A stretch of DNA of 64,000 nt from Mobula hypostoma (Eukaryota). A model generated the notes under the pieces. It saw only the letters and a program-made list of their open reading frames with translations. It ran no database searches and was not told where the DNA came from. A program made the position numbers and the translations under genes. Position 1 is the first letter of the stretch; each line of letters opens with the position of its first letter. Shown here one piece after another: positions 1 to 12,419 of the stretch. The stretch spans positions 155,250,001 to 155,314,000 of the forward strand of contig NC_086097.1 of the NCBI RefSeq assembly GCF_963921235.1. Direction: 5' to 3'.

Positions 1-2319
1 TAGGCCTACACAGCAATGTTCCATTAAATCTCCAAAAAAAAAACACAATTCGACGAGAACAGTCCCAGCTTTTGAGACCGTTCCTTCTCTCCCCCACTCC
101 ATCTGCTATCACACAACACCCCGCCATACAACCTGGATCCACACATCAGGTACCTGATCTTGCCCCACCACTTTATAATTGTTATCTCACCTCTATCCCT
201 CATTCCAGCGACACCAATTGTGCATTCCCCTCCACAAATGTTGCCTGATCTGCTGAGTTTTTCCAGCGGTTTGTGTGTTGCTTCAGATTCCAGCATTCAG
301 TCTCGTTGAAGTGGCAGGTACAGTGAAGGGAAGGATAACGTCATGCAGTTTGGTAGAAGGAATAAAGGCAGAGATTTTCAAAAGGGGAGCAAATTCAGAA
401 ATTTGAGGTGCAAAGGGACGGAACAGTCCTCATGCAGGATTCCCAATGGAGCAACTTGCAGGTTAAGCCAGTGATATGGACGGGAAATGCAATGTTAACA
501 TTACTTCGAGAGGTCTCGACTGTAAAATAAAGTGTGTAATGGAAGATTTTATAAAGCATTGGTCAGAACATACTTGCAGTATTGTGAACAGTTTTGGAGC
601 ACTATCCAAGATAGAATATGATATTGGCACTCGAAAAACTGAGTCACAGGGGAAGGTTGGACAGGCTGATCTTTATTCTTTCCGGTGTCGGAGACTGAGG
701 GGTGACCTTATGGATGTGTCTAAAATTGTGAGCGGGATAGAGAGTGTATACATCAACAAAGACTATCACAAATTTCTATAGATGTACCGTGCAGAGCATT
801 CTGATGGATTGCATCACTTTCTAGTATGGAGGGGTCACTGCACAGGATCGGGAAAGTTGCAAACAGTTGTAAACTCAGCTGGCTCCATTCTGGGTATCGA
901 TCGCCCCAGCATCGAAAACATCTTCAGAATGTGATGCCTCAAAAAGACAGCGTTCATCAAAAAGGACCCCCATCACCCAGGACATACTCTCTTCTGATTG
1001 CTACCATCAAGAGGGGGATACCGGAGCCTGAAGACACATACTCAATACTTCAAGAACAATTTCTCCCGCTCCCCCCACCCCCCACCATTATCAGTTTTCT
1101 GAATGGACAATAAACCGATGAACACTTCTCCAACATTTTCCCTCTCTTTTTGCACTACTTACTTACTTTGATTTTTATTTATTATTGTAATTTATTGTTT
1201 TTTTACAATTATGTATTGCTGCTGCAAAACAACAAATTTCACACAACATATGCCAGTGATATTAAACCTGATTCTGATTTGCACAGACTTTTTCCAGAGC
1301 TGTGGATTCAACAACTAGAGGATGAAAGAAATACAGAAGCTGGAAACCTGAGATTAAAACAGAAAATGCCAGAAACACTCAGTGGGCCAGGCAGCATCTT
1401 TAGGGAAAGAAACAGAGTGACCGTTTCATCCCCGAGGTCGAAGCCCTTCATAAATAGCACCCGTGTTCAGGATTGAACCAGGTTCTCTGACACTCGGCTT
1501 TCTGCCTCAACCAACGTTGGTCACCTGGGGGGTCCATGCTCTACAAGTAACACATAAAATAGCTGAAGATGCGCAGAGAAGCTGCAAGAGTTTTTGTTCT
1601 CCTTTACATTTGTGTACTGGAAATGAAATTTAACAATTTTGAAACTTTAGTCAGAATAGCAAACATTAGGACAGAACACGAAGCACTCAAACAATTACCT
1701 AGGAGTGTATGGGCCCCTTCTACTGCAGAACACATCCCACACTGTCCAATCAGCAGTGCTGTTCACAACCAGTCCGAGAATTACTCTCAAGCCCCCAACT
1801 GCTCTACTTCGAGACCCATCCACTGATATGAAGTGCTGCAGTAAGTAAACCAATACCTTAACACTAGCTGTAAACACCAAAGCAGAACCAATCATCCCTC
1901 TTCATCATTTTTCACGAGTCCCAATCCTGTATTCATCGAACTTTCATGTTCCCACGATTGTATTTCCATACTATAATCAAAGCACCTGCAGAAAGTTCTA
2001 TTAAATTCAAGGCCCTGATGGTGAGACAAGCACCAAGATTAACTCTTTACCATACATTTCGATGGACCACTTTTGGAACATCATGTTCAGTTCTGGTCAC
2101 CTCATTGTAGGAATGATGTAGAAGCTTTGGCAAAGGTGCAGAGAAAACTTACCAGAATGCTACCTGCATTAGAGAACATATCTTATGGGGAAAGGTTCAA
2201 TGAGCTAAGACTTTTTGGAGCAAAGGAAGATGAGAGGTGACAGGATAGAGGTGTGCAACATGATAAGTGGCACAGATAGACAATAGACAATAGGTGCATT
2301 AGATAATTCTGTTTAACCA

Positions 2320-3060
2320 GAATTAACCCAGTGAACCTACACTGCACTCGCTCCATAGCAAGAAAGTCCTTCCTCAAATTTGGAGACCAAAACTGCACAC
2401 AATGCCTCCAGGTGGGGTCTCACCAGGGCTTTGTACAACTGCAGAAGGACCTCTTTGCTCCTATACTCATCTCCCCTTGTTATGAAGGCCAACATGCCAT
2501 TAGCTTTCTTCACTGCCTGCTGTACCTGTATGCTTATTTTCAGTGACTGATGAACAAGGACAGCCAGATCTCATTGTACTTCCCCTTTTCCTAACTTGAC
2601 ACCATTCAGATAGTAATCTGCCTTCCTGTTCTTGCCACCAAAGTGGATAAACTCACATTTATCCACATTAAACTGCATCTGCCCACTCACCCAACCTGTC
2701 CAAGTAACCCTGTATTCTCATAACATCCTCCTCACATTTCACACTGTCACCCAGCTTTGTGTCATCTGCAAATTTGCTAATGTTACTTTTAATCCCTTCA
2801 TCTAAATCATTAATGTATATTGTAAACAACTGCGGTCCCAGCAGTAAACCCCGCGGTACCCCACCGGTCACCGCCTGCCATTCCAAAAGGGACCCGTTAA
2901 TCGCTACTCTTTGTTTCCTGTCAGGCAGCCAATTTTCAATCCATGTCAGTACTCTGCCCCCAATGTGCCCTAATTTTGCCCACTATTCTCCTATGTGGGA
3001 CTTTATCAAAGGCTTTCTGCAAGTCCAGGTACACTACATCCACTGGCTCTCCCTTATCCA
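2320..3060 (-). mobile_element. CR1-type LINE RT fragment
   Basis: [38 protein letters not shown]; copy B equivalent ~40907..41627. Confidence 0.9.
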
Positions 3061-3265
3061 GGCTGGTGGGGATTTGACGAAGGGGGAAGGGGAGGGGGAA
3101 AATTTTAAGCACAGAATCCTGAGGAAGGGTCTGTCTTGGCTTAAAATTACTTTTTATATTTCTTACTGCAAAACAAACTTCAAGACTTATGTCAGTGACA
3201 ATAAACCTGAATCCTGTACCTTATGTACTTCTAAGTCAGGGCTTGGAGGGCACTGTTGGAGAAGA

Positions 3266-4390
3266 CCACAAGATATAGGAGCAGAATCAGGCCATTTGGT
3301 CCATCAAGTCTGTGCCACCATTTCATCATGGCTGATCCACTTTTCCTCTCAGCCCCAATCTCTGTATCATCTCATGCCCTAACCAATCAAGAATCTGTCA
3401 ACCTCTGCCTTAAATATATGTAAAGCTATCCACAGCTGCCGGTGTCAAGAAATTCCATAGATTCACCACTCTGGCTAAAGAAATTCCCCCTCATCTCCAT
3501 TCTAAAACGACACCCCTCTGCTCTGAGGCTTTGTTCTCTGGTCCTAGAATGTCCAACCAGAGGAAACATCCTCTCCACATCCACTCTATCATGACCTTTC
3601 ACCATTCAATAGGTTTCCAATAGGTCATCCCTCACTCTTCTAAATTCCAGTCAATACAGGCTCAGAGCCATCAAATGCTCTTCGTTTGACAAGCCATTTC
3701 ATACTGGAATCATTTTAATTCACCTCATTTGACCCTCTCCTGTTTCAGCACATCCTTTCTAAGATAAGGGCCCCTAAATTGTTCATAATACTCGGTGAGG
3801 CCTCACCAGTGCTTCATAAAGTCTCAACAATACACCTTTGCTTTTATAGTCCAGTCCTCCAGAAATGAATGCTAACATTGCATCTGACTTTCTTACAACA
3901 GACTCAACCTGCAAATTAATCTTTAAGGAGTCCTGCAAAAGGCCTCCAAAATCCCTTAGTGCCTCAGATTTTTGTAATTTCTCTCCATTAGGAAAAGAGC
4001 CTCTCAATTTCCTCAAAACTAACTACCACTCCACCTATCTTTGTATCGTTGGCAAATTTTGCAACAAAGCTATCAATTCCATCATCCAAATCATTGACAA
4101 ATAAAGTAAAAAGAATCGGACCCCTGTGGAATACCACCTGTCACTGGCAGCCAACCAGAAAAGAACTCCCTTTATTTTCACTCTTTGCCTTCTACCCTGC
4201 TAGAATATTTCCTGTAATATCACGGGCTTGTAGCTTGTTAAACAGCCTCATGTGTGGCACTTTGTCAAAGACCTTCTGAAAAGACAAGTACACAACTTCA
4301 ACCAATTCTCCTTTGTCTAACCTGCTTGTTGTTTCTTCAAAGAATTCCAACAGATTGAACAGGCAAATTTTTCTCTTGAGGAAACATTGC
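3266..4390 (-). mobile_element. CR1-type LINE 3' fragment, degraded
   Basis: NLLEFFEETTSRLDKGELVEVVYLSFQKVFDKVPH and LYEALVRPH plus a CR1 3' tail; copy B equivalent ~41833..43068. Confidence 0.88.
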
Positions 4391-4469
4391 TGACTCGGGA
4401 CTATTGTATCACATGCAGAAGGACAAGGGTGAAATTGAACCCTCCCTTCCTGGCACACCCCAGGCATAC

Positions 4470-4692
4470 TTAGCAAATGTCCAGCTGCTCTCTCCATTTC
4501 ATGCTGGAGTTTCTGTTCAAGAGTATGATAAGGCTATCGATCCAGTGCTGGGCTTCCTTTGCAATGTTGGCCACCAGGTCCAAGTTCTTTTTCCTCTCCT
4601 TAAACACAATGGTGAAGCTGCATTTGTGCACTTCTCCGAGATCATGCCTGACGAGTGACCTGCCCTCAGCTCCAAGATGTCAATGATCGAGA
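4470..4692 (-). pseudogene. PLCD1: PLC-delta PH-domain exon, frameshifted (copy A)
   Basis: After acceptor cttcag it reads SIIDILELRAGH, then after a frameshift CSFTIVFKERKKNLDLVANIAKEAQHWIDSLIILLNRNSSMKWREQLD. This matches recalled PLCD1 FSIEDIQEVRMGH...[47 protein letters not shown]. Paralog assignment is tentative. Confidence 0.85.
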
Positions 4693-4889
4693 CTGAAGGG
4701 GGTCGGGTAGGTCAGGGGTGGGGGAGAACAGCAGCAGAGATCAAAACAAGATATTCACATTCAGATTAATAAACACCTTCTGCAGCTACTGAAAATCCCT
4801 ATTAACGCACATAAAATGCTGGAGGGACTGAGCAGGTCAGGCAGAATCAATGGAGAGAAATAATGAGTTAAGTAAAATAAACTTGGGTG

Positions 4890-6410
4890 ATGAAAGAACT
4901 TTGCAACACAGGTCGTTAAGATGGCAAAGAAGGCATCTGGAATATTTGCCTTGATTGGGCAGAGGATTGAATAGAAGACGTTGCAACTTAAAAATTTGGT
5001 TAGGCCAATTTTGTGGCCACTCTTCCCATTACAAGAAGGATGTGAGAGCTTTGGAGAGGGTGTCAGAGTGTTTCCCCAGGATGTTGGCTGGATTTGATGG
5101 TGTGAGCTCCAAGGAGAGTTTGACAACTTAGGTTGTTTTCTTGGAGTATTGGAGGCTGAGAAAAAAGACACAGTAGAATTATGTACAATTATGAGAGATA
5201 CAGTATAGATAGGGTGGACAGTTACAATCTTTTTCCCAGGATATAAATGGTAAATACTAGAGAATGTGCATTTAAAGTGAGAAAGTGAAAAGAGATGTGC
5301 GGGACAAGGTTTTGCACACAGAGAGTGGTGATTGCCCTGGAACAGGCTGCGAGGGGTAGTGGTAGAAGCAGACAGAAAAGTGATGTATAGAGACCCGTGG
5401 ACCTTAAGGTATTATATTTCAATGCAGCCAGTATATAGAACAATGTAGAAAACCTTGTATTGCAGTTAGAGATCGGCAGGTATGATATTGTGGGTCTCAC
5501 CGAGTCGTTACTGAAAAGAAGATCATAGTTGGGACCTTTAAATCCAAGGATATACATCGCATCAAACGTACAGGCAGGTAGGCAGAGGGTGCGGGTGGCT
5601 CTGTTGGTAAAAAAAAATGATTACAAATCCTTAGAAAGAGGTGACATTGGATCTGAAGATGTAGAATGCTTGTGGATAGAGTTTAAAAAACAATGGAATA
5701 CAAGCCTCTGAACAACAGCCAGGATGTTGGCTACAAATTACAACAGGAGATAGGAAAAGCACGTCAAAAAGGCAATGTTACTATAGTCATGGCAGATTTC
5801 TATATGCATGTAGATTCCGAAAATCATGATGGTGATGCATCTCAGCAGAATTACAGTAGCTTTGGTTGAACTTACTAACAGAAAGGCAATTCTGGATTCA
5901 GTGCTAAGAAAGGAACTACATTTGATTAGGGTGGTTCAGGGTAAAGGAAAACTTCAAAGGATATCAAGTTTTTTTTTGCGTCAGTCTTCACAGTAGAAGA
6001 CACTAGCATGCCAGAAGTTCGAGAGGCATCAAGGGGCTGAAGTGAATATAGTTGAAGGTATTGGAAAAGTGAAAGGTCCGAGGTGAATAAGTAAAATGGA
6101 TCAGCATGTTATTTACTTGGATTTTTATAAGGCCTTTGACAAGGTGCCACACATGAAGCTGCTGAAGAAGCTGATGGTCCATGGTATTTCTCAGATTGAT
6201 AGAAGATTGGCTGAGTAGCATGAGGCACAGAGTGGGAATAAAGGGGGCCTATTCTGGTTGGCTGCCGGTGACTAGCGGTGTTCCACAGGGTCGGTACTGG
6301 GGTAGCGTCTTTTCACATTGCCTGTCAACAATTTGGGTGATGGACCTGATGGCTTTGTGGTCAAGTTTTCAGACAATGATGGAAAGATAGGTGGAGAGAC
6401 AGGTAGCACT
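4890..6410 (+). mobile_element. Degraded CR1-type LINE fragments (3' end, then endonuclease and RT pieces)
   Basis: SLERGDIGSEDVECLWIE and [11 protein letters not shown] motifs with many disablements; duplicated at ~43570..45090. Confidence 0.75.
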
Positions 6411-6719
6411 GTGTCTGTAGAATTATAGATCAATTAAATTAAAAGCACACACACACAGGATAGCTTTAACTGGTGCATTCACTTTGCAGGGAGACAGAGA
6501 GAGAGAGATCAGTGTGCATGCATACACAGTAGATCAATGTGCACAGGTAAATCATCAGTCCCTATGTCGTGCTAGGATGAGTAATTGCCTAAAAGGAATA
6601 GATCCATATGTTAGACTTCCTCCGGCTTTAGATGAATGTAACAATTAACTGTATTTGAAACAAAACATTAAATTTCCCTTTCACAAACCATATGAAAAAA
6701 TTAAACATGATTCACAGTA

Positions 6720-7960
6720 ACACCCCATAACTAACTTCACTAGAGATTCAGTCTTTTGGGTGGCACTCTGTTTCTTTCAGGATATTGCCTTTGGACCTGC
6801 AGAGTGGTATCAGGTTTGGCAGGTGTCTGGTCGACAACATTCTCTGTCACTGACTATAATGTGTCCGTCTCACTGGATGCAGTCAACTCTGGCGTGTTCT
6901 TCAGCTGAACGACCAGTACCTGCTCCATATGGCGTCTCCATGTATGATCTCCAACATCCACTGTGTACATCAATGGTCTGGATCTTGCAACTATCCTACC
7001 AGATGTTGACTTGTCTTCTCGGTAATCAAGCGCTAGGACTTCCTGTTCAACCTTGAAACTCCTTGCCGATTCACTTGGCAACTAGTTGAGTTGTTTATTC
7101 TGCACTTTCCTCCATAGATGTGGTTTCAGGTCTATGCAAAACCTCATACTCTTGCTCATGAACAGCACTACAGGTGTTTGATTTGTCGTTGCATGAACAC
7201 ACAAAAAGGAAACTGTCCACTCTGTGCTGTCGAGTAATGGCCTCCTAGTCCAGAGCTTTAACAGACCTCTTGAACCTCTTGGATGAACATTTCAGCAAAC
7301 CCATTTGTTGCTGGGTGGTGTGGAGCTGACTTGATATGCCTAATATTTTTTTCATGAGTACTCTGAACTCTTGTGAAGTGTATTGTCATCCGTCGTCACT
7401 CACAATATGTTCAAGTTAGCCTTTTCTGGCAAAGATAGTCCTCAGGGTGAATGCAGCCTTTTCTGATGTGGTTGACTTCATTGGTATGACCTCTAGCCAC
7501 TTCAAATGAGCATTCACAGCAATCAGAAATACAGAGTCCATGAATTGACCCAGAGAATTCATTATACACTCTTTGCATAATGAAAGACGGGCACTCCAGT
7601 GGGTCTAAGGATGCCTGTGGGGGTACATTTTGAACTTTGTCTATCCATTCCCAGCCACCACACGTAGCTTCAAGCAGGACTCTTCATCTTGACTGTACCA
7701 ATGCAGATTCTCTAACACTCTGGCCTGCAGTTTAGTGGGAACCACAACACGAGATTCGCACATCAGCGTTCTTTGACATACAGACAGTTGGTCTCAACTC
7801 AGTGAGAACTCCGGAAACAGGATTACCATGAACTGTCCAACTTTCCATGAAGATGTCACAGACTTTTGACAATGTTGGGTCATTCCTTGTTTCATTTTAT
7901 ATTTCAGAATTTGTCACCAACAGCTGGACTTCAAATGCTGTGTGAAACACTTCTGCTGGG
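6720..7960 (-). mobile_element. Gypsy LTR retrotransposon integrase region, degraded
   Basis: GQFMDSVFLIAVNAHLKWLEVIPMKSTTSEK...LRTIFARKG (seen in copy B, 46097..46309) and YTVDVGDHTWRRH; copy B equivalent ~45400..46640. Confidence 0.8.
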
Positions 7961-7989
7961 TCACATTATGGGTAAAAATTCCATTACAT

Positions 7990-8715
7990 GAATCACATAC
8001 CGGCCTCCAAATAGTAGCCAAGAAGTGAGGTTGAGATTGCAAGGGGAATTGGAAAATGCATGTCAAAAGGTAATGGCACAATTGTAATGGGGGACTTTAA
8101 TATGCAAGGGGATTGGGAAAATCAGGTTGGTGTTGGATCGCAAGAGGATGCCAATGAGATGGCTTTTTAGAGCAGCTTGTGCTTGTGCCGACTCAGGGAA
8201 AGGCTATCTTAGATTGGGTGTTGTGTAATAATCCAAATCCTATTACAGAGTTTAATGTAAAGGATCCCTTAGAAGGCAGTGATGATAATATGTTTGAATT
8301 CATACCGCAATTTGAGAAAGGGAAGCATAACTCACATCGCACTGGAATAAAGGGAATTAGAGGTGTGAGGAATGAGCTCCTCCAGGTGGATTGGAGGACA
8401 ATACTTGCAGGGATAATGGCAGAGCAGAGACAGCTGAAATTTCTGGGACTAGTTCACAAGGCGCTGGATTGATATGTACCAGAGAGGAAGAAGTACTCAA
8501 ATTCGCCTATGGGCACAAGCAATCAACAGACGATGCAATAGCCACTACTCTACATACTGTCCTCACACATCTGGAGAAGAAGGAAGCTTATGTGAGAATG
8601 CTATTCTTGGACTACAGTTCAGCATTTAACACCATAATTCCATCCAGGCTCAAGAGGAAACTCAGAGAACTCACATTGACCCCACCTTTTGTAGCTGGAT
8701 CCTGGACTTCCTGTT
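7990..8715 (+). mobile_element. CR1 endonuclease fragment joined to a Rex1-like RT fragment
   Basis: PTQGKAILDWVLCNNP...PLEGSD (CR1 endonuclease), then STDDAI...[18 protein letters not shown] (Rex1/Babar-like RT); duplicated at ~46670..47400. Confidence 0.78.
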
Positions 8716-9596
8716 AGTTTGCCTACATTGATGTGGTTCCTAAAGGTTGTTATACCCAGAGATGGTAATGGGGACAATCTCCCACTACCTATTAAATGCT
8801 CCTAAAGGCATATGCCTCAAGTAGCCTCTGACAACCAAATCCAACTCCTGGACTTCATACGTGGCTCAGCTACTAATTTCTATAGACAGAAGAAGGGGCA
8901 AAGGCAGGCTACTAGAGCCTTAAAACTAGTAACTTCAGACAGATGGGTCTCAGCAGACATGGTTCACTGCTCACCGAGGAGAAGGAAAACTTTGATCTCG
9001 AACCTCCACTGCCTGGAAGTTATACTCATTTATGGGGAAGGCTTCGGGAGTAAACCCCTGAGAGAAAATCCCAACCTGGAGACCCTAAGATGGTCCTACA
9101 TGGAATTCAATGCTGCTGCCACAAGAAAGCAGCATCCATCATCAAAGACCCTCATCAAAGGCCTTGCTAAAGCATCATTTTTATAAGTTCTAATGTATTT
9201 CTTTTTCCTGTAAATGCCTGCAATAAAATGAACCTTAAGGTCATATATGGTGGGCATATATTTACTTTGAGAATAAGTTTACTTTGACTTGATTCTCCTT
9301 TAACTTTACCTTTATATTGCACATAAACTGCATTTCCCTCATCAAACATTGCTGTTATTTCACTGTAATGTTTGAATTTAACAAATTTACACTGCTTTAC
9401 TCCCATCACTCCATGTTTCCAAGTAACTGCTAATGGCATGCCAAATCTCCATTTCTGGAAGTTAACCAAGTATCAAGTTCATTCAGACAGACTGCTCTGT
9501 AGTTATTGGCCCTTTTACTGAGAAAGCTTATGAATCATCTTTTATATTGACTTGAGTGAAGTCTTTGAACTTTAAGATATGTTTTGTCTCACTTAC

Positions 9597-9753
9597 TTGA
9601 GTCCTGCACCAGTTTAATGAACTTGTTTCCCATGAAGGGCAATATCTCAAAGAAGACCCAGTTACCCACGGCACTTTCAACCCTGTGGAAGTGGACACTC
9701 TTGCAGTAGATAAGCAGGTCGGGCAGCTCCTTGAATAGCTTGATGTTTGCACC
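9597..9753 (-). pseudogene. PLCD1: PLC-delta Y-box first exon, open frame, diverged (copy A)
   Basis: ttgcag|GANIKLFKELPDLLIYCKSVHFHRVESAVGNWVFFEILPFMGNKFIKLVQDS|gtaagt; 157 nt, phase 0 to 1. Matches recalled PLCD1 LRLAQELSDMVIYCKSVHF...FYEMASFSENRALRLLQESG. Confidence 0.88.
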
Positions 9754-10029
9754 CTGCAAGGAAGAGTTCACAGACACACAAGTTATCCTGCCGAAGTTCA
9801 CTGAGCAACCTTCAATTTCAGTAAGACCAAGGACTTCAGGAAAAGGAAGTCAAAGGAACAGACACCAGTCCTCTCCTTGGGTTCAACAGTGTTTCATCCA
9901 ACATTAAGGACCACTGCACCCAGTGATGATATACCTGATTCCTATGCTGAGTAAATCAATCCTGTGGCCAATTCAGTGCTTATTGAGGTAGACAGTGAGT
10001 GCCTAAAGGATTTAGCCTTAACCACCCGT

Positions 10030-12335
10030 GTCAAGATCTTCCTTTCAATCTTTTTTTATTGATTTAAAAGAATAAGGATAAATACAAACCAGAAGAGAGG
10101 TTATCACAAATACATATATCAATAACAGTACAAACATAGAAAGGAATACACACTGTCAAAATCATAGATAGTATTAAGCTAATGTAAAGAGAACCACTTC
10201 TCCTCTTAACAGTTCATAGGAAAAAAAGAGTCAAGATTTCCTGTTATTGAGAAAAAAACCCACTAAACTAACCTAAAACAAAAAAAAAGGGGGACTGGGC
10301 AGTCCATTTTGAGGATACAGTTAAAGGGAAAATCCTTCTGATCAAATCTAAACCATTGCAGAGAAAAAAAATTAACTGGAAAAGTAAAAAGAATTAGATC
10401 ATATGAAAATATTGAATAAAAGGTTTGCTCAGATTTAAGAGATGTATCAAATGTCCGACTCCTGATTTTCTCCGAAGTTAAACAAGACATAATGGAGAGC
10501 CAAAAAAAAACAGTAGGTGGATCCTTCCAGTACAATAGAATAGCTCTCCTAGCCAATAAAGTTCAGAAAGCTATAATTCGTTAAGCGGAAGCGGGAACGT
10601 TTTCTGCTTCCATTGGAATAATCCCAAAGATTGCCGTAAGTGAATTAGGTTGTAGGTCCAGACTTACAACTTCTGATATCGTTCTAAAAACATCTCTCCA
10701 AAAGTTATTTAACTTTATGCAGGACCAAAACACGAGTTGAAGTGGCCACCTCAGTATTGCATCTATCACAAGTAGGATTTATATTAGAAAAAATATGTGC
10801 GAGTTTATCTTTTGACATATGCGCCCTGTGCACTACCTTGAACTGAATCAAGGAGTGACGGGCACAATTAGGTGAATTATTAACTAAATGACAAATTTTA
10901 TTCCGTTGATTATCTGAAAGTCACTCTTGAAGTTCCAATTCCCAAGCATGTTTAACCTTATCATCAGACATCATTTGTAAATTCAATAGCCGTTTATATA
11001 TGATGGCTATAAATCCTTTTTGGAATGGCTTAAGCTTAAAGATAACATCTATCATATTTGGTAAATGAGCAAATGGGTAATTCGGTAACAAACCGTGTAA
11101 AAAAATTCCTAACTTCTGAATACCTAAAAAAATTGTGCATTAGATAAATCATATTTGTCCACTAGCTGACAGAAAGACATTAAACAATCCTCTAAAAACA
11201 AATCTAGGTAAGTTATTATTCCCTTAGTTTTCCATGTTAAAAAGGCCTTATCTAAAATTGATGGTTTAAAAAAATAATTAAAATGGATATTACTAGAAAG
11301 AACAAAGATATTTAAGTCAAAATACCAAGATAGGTAAAATAATTTTAGCAATATTAAAAGGTATTTGATCATATTGATCTTAATAATTATTAATAGGAAA
11401 TACTTCACTTTAAGGTAAATTTAACTTGTATCCAGAGAAAGTACTGAATTCAGTAAATATGGATAACATAGAAGGAACAGATTTCCTAGGGTCTGAGATG
11501 TAAACTAGTAAGTCATTTGCGTAGAATGAAACGTTATGTCCTTTATTCCCTTTCTTAATACCCTGAACAGAGTTGGAATCCTTAAGAGCGATAGTAAGTG
11601 GTTCTAAAGCCAAATTAAATAATAAAGGACTAAGAGGACAACCCTGATGGGTTCTTCTGTATAGTCTAAAATAAGGAGATTTTTTTATTGTTAGTTATGA
11701 CCGCAGCCATCAGAGCTTGATACATCAGTCCGATCCAGGAAATAAATCCCGGACCAAAATTAAATCTCTCCAAAACCTGAAATAAATAAGGCCATTCCAC
11801 CCTATCAAAGGCTTTCTCTGCATCAAGAGAGACAATACATTCAGATTCTTTAAATGAGGGAGAATAAATAATGTTTAACAATATTTGAATATTAAAATGT
11901 GAATACCTATTTTTAATAAATCCAGTTTGATCATTTCAAATAACAGTATGCAAAATATTCTCAAGCCTCTTAGCCAGAATCTTAGAGAGAATTTAAAAGT
12001 CCACATTCAATAAGGAAATTGGTCTATAGGAGGCACACTCAGATAGATCTTTTCCTCTTTTAGGAATCAAAGAGATTGATGCCTCATAAAAAGTTTTCAG
12101 GAGATTCCCAGAGGATATAGAATCAGTGAAAGTTTGCCTGAGATGTGATGTAAGCGTTTCAGTAAATGTCTTATAAAATTCCACCGTATATTCATCTGGT
12201 CCTGGAGCTTTCCCTCGTTGCATAGAGGATATAGCCCTAGCTATTTCCTCTTGTTTAATCGGCGCATCTAATGTGTTAATATCTTGAATAGAAATTTTAG
12301 GTATATTTAACTTTTGCAAAAATCTATCCATAAAG
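10030..12335 (-). mobile_element. L1-clade LINE ORF2, 5'-truncated and disrupted
   Basis: GKAPGPD, YRPISLLNVD, SLDAEKAFDRVEW, ALEPL and FSGYKLN motifs; A-rich tail (tttttttattg on +) near 10050. Confidence 0.9.
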
Positions 12336-12419
12336 ATAGTGACAAGATCTTCAAGAGGCCTTCCTCAACCCTCCTGGTATCTCCGCACTCCTCCAGTTCT
12401 GGACAAATATTCAACTACT

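Noticed and set aside
2759..3382. 207-aa ORF conserved in both copies
   Set aside because: It is an antisense reading of CR1 RT running through other repeats; the conservation just reflects the recent duplication.
9597..9753. Beta/gamma-crystallin motif (VESAVGNWVFFE)
   Set aside because: ELPDLLIYCKSVHF, the exon length and phase, and the neighbouring PLCD exons fit the PLC-delta Y-box much better.
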